Of a stretch of DNA of 54,352 nt, positions 7,947-17,702 are shown piece by piece. The number at the start of each line of letters is the position of its first letter. The stretch's first letter is position 1. The stretch comes from Candidatus Levyibacteriota bacterium. GTDB lineage: Bacteria; Patescibacteriota; Microgenomatia; Levybacterales; UBA12049. The stretch is from contig CAWBPM010000003.1 of NCBI GenBank assembly GCA_963790825.1, positions 1-54,352 on the forward strand, given 5' to 3'. The translations under genes and the position numbers were made by a program. Below the pieces are notes generated by a model that was not told where the DNA came from, ran no database searches, and saw nothing but the letters and a program-made list of their open reading frames with translations.

Positions 7947-9890
7947 TTATAGATTAATTTTTGTTTGTTTATCTGCGTAAAGTTGAAATTCTTGCTGCTG
8001 ATTTCCGTTGACAGAAAGTGTGTATGCGTTTCCATCGGTTCCCGGCTGCTTTTGAATAAGAACAGGGAGTGAGTTACCGGATACCTTAAATGGTAACGTG
8101 TATGAGATAGTGTAGGTCGCTACGCCCATCGGCCTGACACTGACTAATCCATCAAATACTGTATAACCTAGATCTTCGTACGTAGTCAGCTTTACTTCCG
8201 ATCCGGTACTACTGATGAGCGTACTTCCTTTCGGAACGTATATTCTAATCCAGTCACGGTATTCCGCATTAAGACACAATCCTCCAGTAGCTAAACTACA
8301 GTCAGAAGGCGCAAAAGGATCTTTGTAATTGATGGTGATTGTTTTTGTGATAGTTCCGTCACTTTTCGTTTGATAGTTCGTACTAACTGCTTCACTAACA
8401 AAGAGATTTGTTTTTGCTCCTGAAAAATTTGTTTCATTAATATGTAAATAATCACCGTCAAAATTTTTAATTTGCCCCGCAGCGTTTAGAGCTTCCAATC
8501 CTGACTGCGCATTAGTATCATTGAGATCAAATAGAATATGTTTCTGGTTGGTCAAAGCGATCATATCCTGAAACAACGCACCCCAATATTTTTTCGGCGA
8601 AGATGATAATGCTTTTTGAAGAATAGTTGTTAACAAAGAACCAAGCAGTGATTTTCTGTCCGTTTTTATATAATTTACCGGACGGGAAATATTATTTTCA
8701 AGTTCATAAATTACTTGTGGACAATTACACCTCGGATCGTTTTGATCGGTAAATGTAATACCGTCTGATGTTACCTGATGATCGAGATCTGAAATTGTTT
8801 TAACGAGTACATATGTATCGATTGCGATAATGCCATCCACATTAACTTTCATTGTTGACTCATCATAAAAATGCTGGAATTGTTTCATTGAAGTAATAAA
8901 GTCCGGTGAAAGATTCGAATCACGCAAGTTAAAGGTATATACCTGAAGATATTTCTGGAGCGGCGCTGGAGCTGGTGGTTTATCAGCAATAGAATCATCC
9001 AAAGTATAAATATCACCTGATCTGTCTGCTTGTATGACACCTTCATTGATGCTAAAAATCGAATAACCGGTGATAAATCCGCCTGTCGGACGAAGTTCTT
9101 TATCGTTTTGGAATAGAATCAGATACTTTTTCGCGCTTGTTTCACCCAGAAGCGAAGGGAAAACTTTAATAAGCGGCCGGGATTGGTTAACAAATTGCGC
9201 AGCCTGGTCGGTTAGATCAACCGCTTGCGATAATTCCGTTTCGATTTTATTGCCGAATAGTACCTTGGGATAATGCCATGGCTTTACTCCATCGATTTCT
9301 TGCTTGGTTTGGACAAGCGCTTTTGAAATATCATCAATGCGAGGTGTGATCTTCCCCATAGTCAGAACCGCTGTTTTAATTCGCTCTTCAGCCGAACCAC
9401 CCACAAAACTGCTACCGCCTTTTAATCCCAAAACATCCGCGTATGGTTTTAATGAGTCAACCACTATTCCCGCGGCATTAAGACCATAAGAATCTGCGTT
9501 CAACAGATGATTCGCATCGTTATAATACCAATTCACGACAGGAATAAATCCCAAAAAAGATATCTTATGAAGGCTTTGCTGGGTTTGAGAAAGGCTTGTT
9601 TTTGTTTTATCAAGCTCGTCACTTGCCAAAGCAATATTTTGCCCTTTAATAGCACTTACGAATTGTTTTTCCTTCGCTACTGTCTGCATCGCCAATGTAT
9701 AAGTTTTCTTCGCAGGAATTACCACAAAGAATATAGTCAGGACAATAAATATAACCAGGATAACAAGAGTTATAAAGGCTGGTTTCGTAAATCTTAATTT
9801 TCGTTTTTTACTACTCATATTGCTTCTTTTTTGATCCCTTGCTGCTATTTTGCTTGCTTGTGGAAGTTCAATTTTTTCAAAACCACTCAT
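7947..9890 (-). CDS. DUF4012 domain membrane-anchored protein
   Basis: N-terminal TM, helical stalk, YLILFQNDKELRPTGGF, RDSNLSPDF, DGIIAID, QKQPG. Confidence 0.85.
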   Translation of the reverse strand: MSGFEKIELPQASKIAARDQKRSNMSSKKRKLRFTKPAFITLVILVIFIVLTIFFVVIPAKKTYTLAMQTVAKEKQFVSAIKGQNIALASDELDKTKTSLSQTQQSLHKISFLGFIPVVNWYYNDANHLLNADSYGLNAAGIVVDSLKPYADVLGLKGGSSFVGGSAEERIKTAVLTMGKITPRIDDISKALVQTKQEIDGVKPWHYPKVLFGNKIETELSQAVDLTDQAAQFVNQSRPLIKVFPSLLGETSAKKYLILFQNDKELRPTGGFITGYSIFSINEGVIQADRSGDIYTLDDSIADKPPAPAPLQKYLQVYTFNLRDSNLSPDFITSMKQFQHFYDESTMKVNVDGIIAIDTYVLVKTISDLDHQVTSDGITFTDQNDPRCNCPQVIYELENNISRPVNYIKTDRKSLLGSLLTTILQKALSSSPKKYWGALFQDMIALTNQKHILFDLNDTNAQSGLEALNAAGQIKNFDGDYLHINETNFSGAKTNLFVSEAVSTNYQTKSDGTITKTITINYKDPFAPSDCSLATGGLCLNAEYRDWIRIYVPKGSTLISSTGSEVKLTTYEDLGYTVFDGLVSVRPMGVATYTISYTLPFKVSGNSLPVLIQKQPGTDGNAYTLSVNGNQQQEFQLYADKQTKINL

Positions 9891-9900
9891 GACATTCTAC

Positions 9901-9930
9901 ATCATACGAAATACTGATTATCTTTGTCAA
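9901..9930 (-). promoter_or_regulatory. Sigma70 promoter of the DUF4012 gene
   Basis: TTGACA (9930-9925), 18 bp, TATGAT (9906-9901), 10 nt, ATG 9890. Confidence 0.65.
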
Positions 9931-9947
9931 ACTTACTCGGTGTTTTA

Positions 9948-10619
9948 CTACAAAGCTCCTTTCCCTGAAATCATCGCCCAGGGAGTCTTCGCAATGATAA
10001 AAACGTCATAAAAAAATGACCTGCGTATAACATACTCCGCATCCATCTGAATCCGTTTGTCAAAATTTATTTCACTCCTTCCTGATACTTGCCAATATCC
10101 GGTCAATCCCGGTCTGACCGATAACACCACTTTTACTGAATCCCTTGTTCTGGGATACTTTTTCTGCTGCTCGCGCAGCTCGTCCGGATAATATGCCCTT
10201 GGACCAACCAAACTCATATCTCCCATTACAATATTTGCCAATTGTGGTACTTCATCCAGAGAGTGTTTGCGGATAAATCTACCTACCGTAGTTATTCGTG
10301 GATCATTTCGCAGTTTATAGCTGCCCATCTTGTAGTCTTGATATAATTTAGAAAATTGCGGATCATTTCGTAGTTTTTCATGTGCATTTTCTATCATGGA
10401 GCGAAATTTAAACATTTTAAATGGCTTCCCGTTTTTTCCTACTCTCGAAGGGGTATCCGCAAAGATTGGTCCGGGTGAATCAAATTTTATAAGAATCGTT
10501 ACAACGATAATAACAGGTGAAAACAAAAAAAGTAAAAATAGCGACAGGATGATATCAAACAGGCGTTTGGAAAATTCGTAAAATACACTTTTTTTTATTT
10601 TTGTATAGGTCGTCCGCAT
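9948..10619 (-). CDS. Initiating undecaprenyl-phosphate phosphoglycosyltransferase (Bac_transf; WcaJ/CpsE/ExoY-like)
   Basis: KRLFDI, F.MFKFRSM, DPRIT.VGRFIRKHSLDEVPQL, MSLVGPR, RPGLTGYWQVSGRS. Confidence 0.93.
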   Translation of the reverse strand: MRTTYTKIKKSVFYEFSKRLFDIILSLFLLFLFSPVIIVVTILIKFDSPGPIFADTPSRVGKNGKPFKMFKFRSMIENAHEKLRNDPQFSKLYQDYKMGSYKLRNDPRITTVGRFIRKHSLDEVPQLANIVMGDMSLVGPRAYYPDELREQQKKYPRTRDSVKVVLSVRPGLTGYWQVSGRSEINFDKRIQMDAEYVIRRSFFYDVFIIAKTPWAMISGKGAL

Positions 10620-10659
10620 ACAATGATTATGCTAGATGCTCAGCAGAAGTTCCACAAAC

Positions 10660-11745
10660 TTAAGTAAGTCCCTCATGCTCTGTTCCTTTAAGAGACGCAA
10701 CAAACTTCTTAATTTTGGGGACAGAATCCTTTGGACAGATCAGAACTACATCTGGAGTACTAACAATAACTAATCCATCTAAATCAATTCCTACTATTAA
10801 CTGCTCTGTTTCGTTATGAACTATCGTATCCCGGCTGTCCTCGAGAATAATCTTACCCTTTGTAACATTTGCATCAACGGTATCGCTGAGTGCTTCTTTC
10901 ATCGCTTCCCATGCACCAATGTCGCTCCAGCCTATATCAGCCGAGATAACACAACCGGACTGTGGATTCATTTTTTCAATTATGGCATTATCAAATGATA
11001 TTTTTTCAATTAGTGGATATTCAACGCTAAGAACTTGTTCATATGCATCAGTCCCGTATGCATTATGGATTTTCTCTAATTGCCCGAAGAGATCGGGAGT
11101 AAATTCTTTAAATAACTTCCAGAGAAACCTTGGTGTAGTCGCGAAATAACCTAAATTCCAAGCATGCCTGCCATCTTTACAGTATTCTTGAGCTTTTTCT
11201 AACGGTGGACTGTACTGAAATCCTAAAAATTCATGAACAACCAGTCCGTTAATCTCTAAGGTTTTATTTCCAAATTCAATATATCCCACATTTTGGTTGG
11301 CAAAACGGGGTTTTTGGCCGATAAATACAATTTTTTCAGGATTTTTCAGAACAAGCTTCTCTGCACTTTTTAAAATTTTCCGAAATAAAGCTTCTTCTCT
11401 TACTAAATGATCACTTCCCCAAAGAAGTACGATTGGTTCATCAGGATTTGTTTTTACCATACGGGCGATAACCAATCCTACGGCGGGACCGACATCCCGC
11501 ATCTCAGGCTCAATGATGATATTATTTTCGGGAAGTTCCGGAAGCTGTTCTTTAATAATTTCTTTATAATGCTTTCCTGTAGAAATATAGACATCCTGCC
11601 ATGAAAAATCAGGAAAAAGCTTGTGTACCGCTATCTGAAGCATTGATCTGTCTCCAATAATTTTACCGAATTGTTTTGGCGTGTTTTTCCTTGACAGTGG
11701 CCAAAGCCTGGATCCGACACCTCCTGCAAAAACTATAATCTTCAT
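10660..11745 (-). CDS. manC: Mannose-1-phosphate guanylyltransferase-like nucleotidyltransferase, no cupin isomerase domain
   Basis: AGGVGSRLWPLSR..PKQF, SDH, ISFDNAIIEK, GWSDIGAW, C-terminal beta-helix-like tail. Confidence 0.85.
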   Translation of the reverse strand: MKIIVFAGGVGSRLWPLSRKNTPKQFGKIIGDRSMLQIAVHKLFPDFSWQDVYISTGKHYKEIIKEQLPELPENNIIIEPEMRDVGPAVGLVIARMVKTNPDEPIVLLWGSDHLVREEALFRKILKSAEKLVLKNPEKIVFIGQKPRFANQNVGYIEFGNKTLEINGLVVHEFLGFQYSPPLEKAQEYCKDGRHAWNLGYFATTPRFLWKLFKEFTPDLFGQLEKIHNAYGTDAYEQVLSVEYPLIEKISFDNAIIEKMNPQSGCVISADIGWSDIGAWEAMKEALSDTVDANVTKGKIILEDSRDTIVHNETEQLIVGIDLDGLVIVSTPDVVLICPKDSVPKIKKFVASLKGTEHEGLT

Positions 11746-11752
11746 ATTCTTC

Positions 11753-12841
11753 TTATTTTATACCAGAGTTTAGGATTTTAGCAATTTTTTCGCTTATTGC
11801 CTTTTTAAAGATCTCTTTTCTGAATCGATTCGCTTGCTTCTCTGCGGCAGAGGACGAGAATTTATGTTTCATAAAAATTGGCAATTTTTCCCGTAACATC
11901 TCTGTGGTCTGAGGATAGAAAAACATGCCCGTTCTTCCATCCAATATAGTTTCTTTTGCACCTCCGTCTTTAAATGCTAAGACTGGTTTACCGAATTTTT
12001 GCGCTTCTAAAACAGTAATACCAAAGTCTTCGGTTCCGGGAAATAATAACCCAATACAGCCTATATAATACTCTATGAGCTTATCGTCTGTCAAGTTACC
12101 TAAAAACTCTATAGTCGGGCCGCTGATAGAACGAAGTTTTTTTTCTTCAGATCCAATACCGATAATTTTTAGGTTTATCCCCAGCTCATTACAGGCTTCT
12201 ATAGCCAAATCAATTCGTTTATATGGGACCAGTCTGGACACGACAAGAAGATACGCTTCCCTTTTTGCTGAGACAATTTTTCTTCTTTTACCAAGGCTTA
12301 CAGGCGGGTAGATAACATCGACATTTCGCATATAGTATTTTTGTGTTCGTTTTTTCACTTCTTCAGAAATTGCGATAATTGCATCCGGCCGATTGGATGC
12401 CACACGGTCCCATTTTTTTAAATAATTAACTCCGGGCGTCGCCAACGACCGGAAGAAAGAATTATGAAAATATTCATTATAGCCGCTCCAGAGATACCGT
12501 GTTGGAGTCAGAAGATAACAGATATGCAATGTATGGGGTTTAGTAACAATTCCCTTGGCTGCTTCGCTCGACACCGAAATAACCAAATCGAATTCATCAA
12601 ACGTAAAACTTTCAAATGCCAGAGGCATACAAAGAGGATACAATTCGTGAGATGAGACAGCGAAAGGAAAATGTTGGAGAAAAGAGGTCCGTACTTTAAA
12701 TACGCTTGCCCAGGAAGCTTTTTTTGAATTATAGACAGAAGTAAAAAGCGGGGCATCAGGAAATAATTCATGGAGAGCTAATAAGACGCGCTCAGCGCCT
12801 CCCCACTTATTCAGACGATCATACACCAAAGCAACTTTCAT
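11753..12841 (-). CDS. Glycosyltransferase family 4 (WbaZ-like)
   Basis: GGAERVL, TPTRYLW, SRLVPYKRIDL, EDFGITVLEA. Confidence 0.92.
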   Translation of the reverse strand: MKVALVYDRLNKWGGAERVLLALHELFPDAPLFTSVYNSKKASWASVFKVRTSFLQHFPFAVSSHELYPLCMPLAFESFTFDEFDLVISVSSEAAKGIVTKPHTLHICYLLTPTRYLWSGYNEYFHNSFFRSLATPGVNYLKKWDRVASNRPDAIIAISEEVKKRTQKYYMRNVDVIYPPVSLGKRRKIVSAKREAYLLVVSRLVPYKRIDLAIEACNELGINLKIIGIGSEEKKLRSISGPTIEFLGNLTDDKLIEYYIGCIGLLFPGTEDFGITVLEAQKFGKPVLAFKDGGAKETILDGRTGMFFYPQTTEMLREKLPIFMKHKFSSSAAEKQANRFRKEIFKKAISEKIAKILNSGIK

Positions 12842-13943
12842 ATATAGCTAATGTCTGCCGACTCATTTTCTCCCAGGAGAAATTCCGGACGCGGATTTTA
12901 CCTTTCTGAATATAGCTCTGTTTGCTGGTTTTATCAAGATGAAAAACATATGACATTTTTTCTGCGATATCTTCTACCGAGTAAGGGTTAAAATAAATTA
13001 CGCTGTCCAGGCAAACCTCTCTAAATGAGGAAATATCTGAAACTAAAACGATACACGACGTTGCTTCTGCCTCAAGAGGAGTTAATCCGAACCCTTCCAT
13101 GAGTGACGGAGAAACTAACGCAAGAGCATGAGAATACAGATCCGAAAGCTCCGGATCTGTGATGCTATGGAGAAAAATGAGATCGGGAATATTTTCCTGC
13201 TTCACCCACCCCTCTAACTTGCTATAAAAGTAATCTTCTTTTCCGACAAGCAGAAGTTTTACTTCTTCTTTGGTCTTTTTTTTAAAGGTAATAAATGCCA
13301 AAATCAGTCTTTCCAGATTTTTATGCGGATATGCATTGCCTACATATAAAAAATATTTTCCGTAGCGATCATTAGATTCTCTTTGTTTTTGGACGATATT
13401 ATCATCAACTCCTTCATAGGTAACTATAATTTTCTTAGGATCAACAACTGTGGTTTCTATCAAATCGTCTTTTACCGAGTTAAGCGGTACAATAATTTTT
13501 TTAGCATTTTGAACACCATATTCCAGCACTTTTTTATATCCGAAACGCTTTATGTTATATAAAAACCAAGGAAGTGTTGAGGCTTTTCCCGTAGGAAAAT
13601 GGTTAATAATTAGGTCATGAATTGTAACAATAAACGGTTTTTTATATAAAATCGGTAAGGAAAAATAGGGAAAATGCATTAAATCAAGTTTTTCTTTTTG
13701 TAAAACAGACGCGAATTGAAGCTGTTCTCGTAAACTATGCCAGTGGATATCGGTCACTATTAACTTCCATCTTCGGTTCGCGCTCACTGTCTTTTGCTTT
13801 TGTATAGTTTTTAGATTTTTTGCACTAATAAAAAGAATATATTCATTTTTTTTATCAATTTTCGAAAGATTCAGAACAAGATTACGGATATATCTACCGA
13901 CACCCGTTTCATTCCAAAGTCTGCCGTCAATTCCAATAAGCAT
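12819..13943 (-). CDS. Glycosyltransferase family 4 (start revised to MLIGIDGR at 13943)
   Basis: GIDGR, GVGRY, VTIHDL, YVGNAYPHKN, PSLMEGFGLTPLEA, FSWEK; TATACT 7 nt before ATG 13943. Confidence 0.92.
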   Translation of the reverse strand: MLIGIDGRLWNETGVGRYIRNLVLNLSKIDKKNEYILFISAKNLKTIQKQKTVSANRRWKLIVTDIHWHSLREQLQFASVLQKEKLDLMHFPYFSLPILYKKPFIVTIHDLIINHFPTGKASTLPWFLYNIKRFGYKKVLEYGVQNAKKIIVPLNSVKDDLIETTVVDPKKIIVTYEGVDDNIVQKQRESNDRYGKYFLYVGNAYPHKNLERLILAFITFKKKTKEEVKLLLVGKEDYFYSKLEGWVKQENIPDLIFLHSITDPELSDLYSHALALVSPSLMEGFGLTPLEAEATSCIVLVSDISSFREVCLDSVIYFNPYSVEDIAEKMSYVFHLDKTSKQSYIQKGKIRVRNFSWEKMSRQTLAIYESCFGV

Positions 13944-13996
13944 AATTTTGAGTATACTGCTCAAAGTGTTTTTTATCAATATATATGAGTAAGATA

Positions 13997-15010
13997 TTAT
14001 TTTGCATATATTATTTCAAGTCTATAAAAAAGCGGAGTTAAAAGAATAAAGACCAAAGCAAGAATACTTATTGAGACAAAATTGTCATGGATATTGTATA
14101 GGTTTAAAAGAAAACGAACAGTAACAATTATCGGAACATTCCATAAATATAAAAGATAACTGGCTTTTCCTATATATCTAATAAAACTACTGCTGATTAA
14201 ATGCATGTTAGAAGCATTATCTTTAATAAAAAGAATAAATACTCCGGCAATTAAACCAGGAATTAGAACAATCGAGGTAAATTTATGAATAATAAAGAGA
14301 CCAATCGTCAGGATAAAAAATAAAAAATATTTTTTATGAAAAATTTGTTTCGGATGTAAGTGATATAAAATAAATCCTAATAAAAATGTCGGGAGATATC
14401 GCGGGAGAGTTGAGAGGATTTGAAGATTATATATATCTTGAGAATAAAAAATAAATAGTAAAATTGTCAAACAAACACAGATTATTTCTACTATTAATGT
14501 CTTCTTTAACGAATTTAAGAGAATAAATAAAATCGGGAAGAATAAATAAAACCAAAGTTGCACATAAACATACCATTCTCCAATATCGAGAGAAAAATGA
14601 ATTGGAACCAGAAGTCCTACGAAGGTTACGCTTAAAAGAAAGTTTTGCCAGGTTAATTGATCTATATAACTTGATGGGTGTATAAGATGAAAAGACGCAA
14701 GAAAGGGAAGGGAGAAAATAGCAAATACCACCAGATAATAAAACGGTAGTATTCTCCTCAACCTTCGGAGATAAAATTTTTGCAAGTTTTTTTTATGATT
14801 TTTTTTCCTGCCCCAACTTAGTGAAAGTGTATATGAACTAATGATAAAGAAAAGAGCTACCCCAAAATCGGGAAAAAGACCAATATTAATGAACCTAAAA
14901 TGTTCTACCGGAAGATGAGCTAAAATTACGCAAAGAATTGCAATTCCTTTTATTCCGTCAATAAAGCCCAAGTATTCTCTTTTATTTTCCTGTTTTTTAT
15001 TCCCATTCAT
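13997..15010 (-). CDS. Acyltransferase family 3 (OafA-like O-acyltransferase)
   Basis: IDGIKGIAIL.V...H, GVALFFIIS, FYLRRLRRILP, YIGKASY..YLW; multi-TM, very AT-rich. Confidence 0.9.
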   Translation of the reverse strand: MNGNKKQENKREYLGFIDGIKGIAILCVILAHLPVEHFRFINIGLFPDFGVALFFIISSYTLSLSWGRKKNHKKNLQKFYLRRLRRILPFYYLVVFAIFSLPFLASFHLIHPSSYIDQLTWQNFLLSVTFVGLLVPIHFSLDIGEWYVYVQLWFYLFFPILFILLNSLKKTLIVEIICVCLTILLFIFYSQDIYNLQILSTLPRYLPTFLLGFILYHLHPKQIFHKKYFLFFILTIGLFIIHKFTSIVLIPGLIAGVFILFIKDNASNMHLISSSFIRYIGKASYLLYLWNVPIIVTVRFLLNLYNIHDNFVSISILALVFILLTPLFYRLEIIYAK

Positions 15011-15037
15011 TCAGTAATTATACATTACACTTTGTTT

Positions 15038-16219
15038 TTACTTAACAGACCTATATACACCATCTAGTTTTTTAGCAATGTTTTCCCAATCATATTTTTC
15101 TTCTATTAATTGTCTTGCATTTCTCGCAATTTTTTCATATAAATCTTCACTTTCTAAGAGAGTAACTATCTGACCCGAGATGCTTTCCGGATTATTTGCG
15201 ATAAGTATTTCCTGTTGGTCTTTAGCTCCTAAACCTTCTGCTCCCAAACTTGTCGTAATCACAGGAACCCCTGATGCCATACATTCAAGAATCTTATACT
15301 GAGTACCCCCACCCACTCGAATCGGAGCAAGTAGTAGATAAGATTGAGCATAAATTTCTGCCGTATCTGAGGGAGCATTTTCATCAAAATCTACATGCCT
15401 ATTATCTCCCAACTTCTTTATATCTTCAGGAATATCCTTTCCCACGACCCATAATCTGACTTTCATATCCATTTTTTCTATTTTCTTTTGCAGTAAAGGA
15501 AAAATATTTTGTAAAATCCAGCGAATAGTATTTCTATTTTGCACCCATTTAAAATCTCCGATAAATAGCAACCGTTTTATGCCTGTAATTGTTTTCTTCG
15601 AAGGTTGATATTTTGTCGTGTCTACACCATTAGCTATAACTACTACGTCGTCTCTTTCCATTATTTTCTTTTCTTCCTCAGAAACCGCAACTAATCTTGT
15701 GGCTTGTTTCCAGAATTTTTTTTCAATATTTTTTAATTTCTGTACATCTATATATAAAAATGGGCGGATCAAGAAAAATGCATGGTCGGCAAAACGTTTG
15801 TATACCAGGTATTCTATGTTATGCTCCACAAGAATGATGGGTAAGTTTGTGGTCGGGATATTTTGAAATACGTAAGAAGTTTCTACATGGACAAGGTCGA
15901 ATTTTTCTTTTTGCATTTGCTCTGTAATCTTTTGTTTCATTTCGGGCAGTGTGTGTCCGACTATTAAAAAGGGGTTCATTGAAAAACCCGACATAAGAAT
16001 ATTTGTTGTTGACCACTGTTTTTTTCGCTTGACGGTAATGACTGTTTTACAAAATTCTTTAAGCTTTTCGATATCTTTTTCCGATTGAGTTGTTCTTTTT
16101 TCGCAAATTAGTGTAATTTCATGCCTTTTCGAAAGATACTTTATGAGATTATACAAACGAATATGACCCCCAGAGAAAAGTGGATATGGTAAAAATGACG
16201 AGACAAGTAGAATTTTCAT
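15038..16219 (-). CDS. Glycosyltransferase family 4
   Basis: PYP..SGG.IR, HNIE, NGVD, PIRVGGGTQYKILECMASGVPVITT. Confidence 0.92.
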   Translation of the reverse strand: MKILLVSSFLPYPLFSGGHIRLYNLIKYLSKRHEITLICEKRTTQSEKDIEKLKEFCKTVITVKRKKQWSTTNILMSGFSMNPFLIVGHTLPEMKQKITEQMQKEKFDLVHVETSYVFQNIPTTNLPIILVEHNIEYLVYKRFADHAFFLIRPFLYIDVQKLKNIEKKFWKQATRLVAVSEEEKKIMERDDVVVIANGVDTTKYQPSKKTITGIKRLLFIGDFKWVQNRNTIRWILQNIFPLLQKKIEKMDMKVRLWVVGKDIPEDIKKLGDNRHVDFDENAPSDTAEIYAQSYLLLAPIRVGGGTQYKILECMASGVPVITTSLGAEGLGAKDQQEILIANNPESISGQIVTLLESEDLYEKIARNARQLIEEKYDWENIAKKLDGVYRSVK

Positions 16220-17697
16220 AGTGTCTTATGTAAATCAAAAATAATATATTGTGGCGTCTGCTTAATAATTGCATACGATTTACCTAGCTGCAAGTCCTTT
16301 TCTGTCGGGTCGGCTATGACCAGATATCCTGCTCCCATTTGAGTAAGTGTAAGTATGTCGTGTTCAAAACTCGGCCAGCCGACTCTTTGTGTTTGGTAAA
16401 GAAGCGATGTATCTCCTTCCTCACCGTGGACAAATGCGATAATTTTCGCATTTTTTGGAGTAATTTGATTGACCGCATCACCTGCAGCGGTAATAGACGG
16501 GTGATCAATATCAAAGTAATTTTTCACTTGATTCCAGCCAAACCAGAAAAGACTAATTAAACAAAAAGTAAGAATAACTTTTCCAACAGGAAATTTTCTA
16601 AAAGACCGGGAATATAAAAAATAACTGCCGATCGCAAAGAAAATCGAAACACTTGGCATAATAAGAATCTGATAATAATCATGTTGTACATTACCTGTTG
16701 CAATAACGCAAACATACATTAAAGAACTAACCAGAAATGAAGAGAAAAATAGCCATTCTTTTAATCTCGCAATTTTATAAATACCAAACACAAAAACTAA
16801 AATTCCTAAATAACCACTGATAAGCTTTGTCAACCTTTCATAAAAAATCCAACGGAAAAATGCAGGATGGAAACGAATGCCATTACCGTTAAAAAGCCAC
16901 GCGCTTGCCGGAATTCCTTCCGGATATTGCATCATCCAAATCCTCCAAAAAATAAGCGGTAATAGTGAAATAACCGCGAAAAGCCACAATTCCCACTTGA
17001 TAAAAAATCTCCAACCAAAGCGTTTATAGACTAAAACAAACATCGGCAGAACAAAAAATAAGGCGTATGGTTTTAGGAGAAAAGAAGCGGATGTAAATAC
17101 TAATGCCAAAAGAAAAAATAAATATTTTTGAATTTTAAGTTGTAATTTTGATTTTTTATCTTTGAGTTTTGAATTATCTTCCAGCCATCTGTCAAAGAAA
17201 TAAATTCCCCCGAGTACCGCCATCGCCATTGATGTGTCAGCCAAAATCGTTCTCCCGTAATAGATATCGTAGGGAATAAATACGAAAAAAAATGCAGTCA
17301 ATAATCCAATCATTTTATTACCATGACGGGAGACAATAAAATATAAAAAAAGTGAGGTTAATAATGATGAGAAAATCGTGATTAGTCTCCCCCACTCCTC
17401 TAGCGTAAATCCTGCAAAAAGCATAAATAAGCCCGCCTGCAGTGCATTATAAATTGGGAATTCAACGAATCTATATCCCTGTGGATTGTCTAGGCCTGAC
17501 GGAATATTTGAAATATCCTCAAATCGTGGATGCAGTAAATCAAATCCGTTCTCTACAAAATTTCTTGATACAGCCGAAGTGTCTGCTTGCCGCCAACTAT
17601 GCCAATCGGCAATCGGATTATCAAACCGGTAAAGTCTTACTAAAAAACCGCCTACAAGAATCAGTGCTAATAATATTACGACAGAAGATTTTTTCAT
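16216..17697 (-). CDS. GT-C membrane glycosyltransferase (ArnT/PMT_2 family)
   Basis: WHSWRQADT acidic first loop, EFPIYN, LKP, HDYYQ; about a dozen TM segments plus C-terminal soluble domain. Confidence 0.82.
   Translation of the reverse strand: MKKSSVVILLALILVGGFLVRLYRFDNPIADWHSWRQADTSAVSRNFVENGFDLLHPRFEDISNIPSGLDNPQGYRFVEFPIYNALQAGLFMLFAGFTLEEWGRLITIFSSLLTSLFLYFIVSRHGNKMIGLLTAFFFVFIPYDIYYGRTILADTSMAMAVLGGIYFFDRWLEDNSKLKDKKSKLQLKIQKYLFFLLALVFTSASFLLKPYALFFVLPMFVLVYKRFGWRFFIKWELWLFAVISLLPLIFWRIWMMQYPEGIPASAWLFNGNGIRFHPAFFRWIFYERLTKLISGYLGILVFVFGIYKIARLKEWLFFSSFLVSSLMYVCVIATGNVQHDYYQILIMPSVSIFFAIGSYFLYSRSFRKFPVGKVILTFCLISLFWFGWNQVKNYFDIDHPSITAAGDAVNQITPKNAKIIAFVHGEEGDTSLLYQTQRVGWPSFEHDILTLTQMGAGYLVIADPTEKDLQLGKSYAIIKQTPQYIIFDLHKTL
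17125..17175 (-). repeat. Degenerate 7-nt tandem repeat inside coding sequence
   Basis: Minus strand AATTCAA AACTCAA AGATAAA AAATCAA AATTACA ACTTAAA ATTCAAA, encoding NSKLKDKKSKLQLKIQK. Confidence 0.6.
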
Positions 17698-17702
17698 GTC
17701 TA

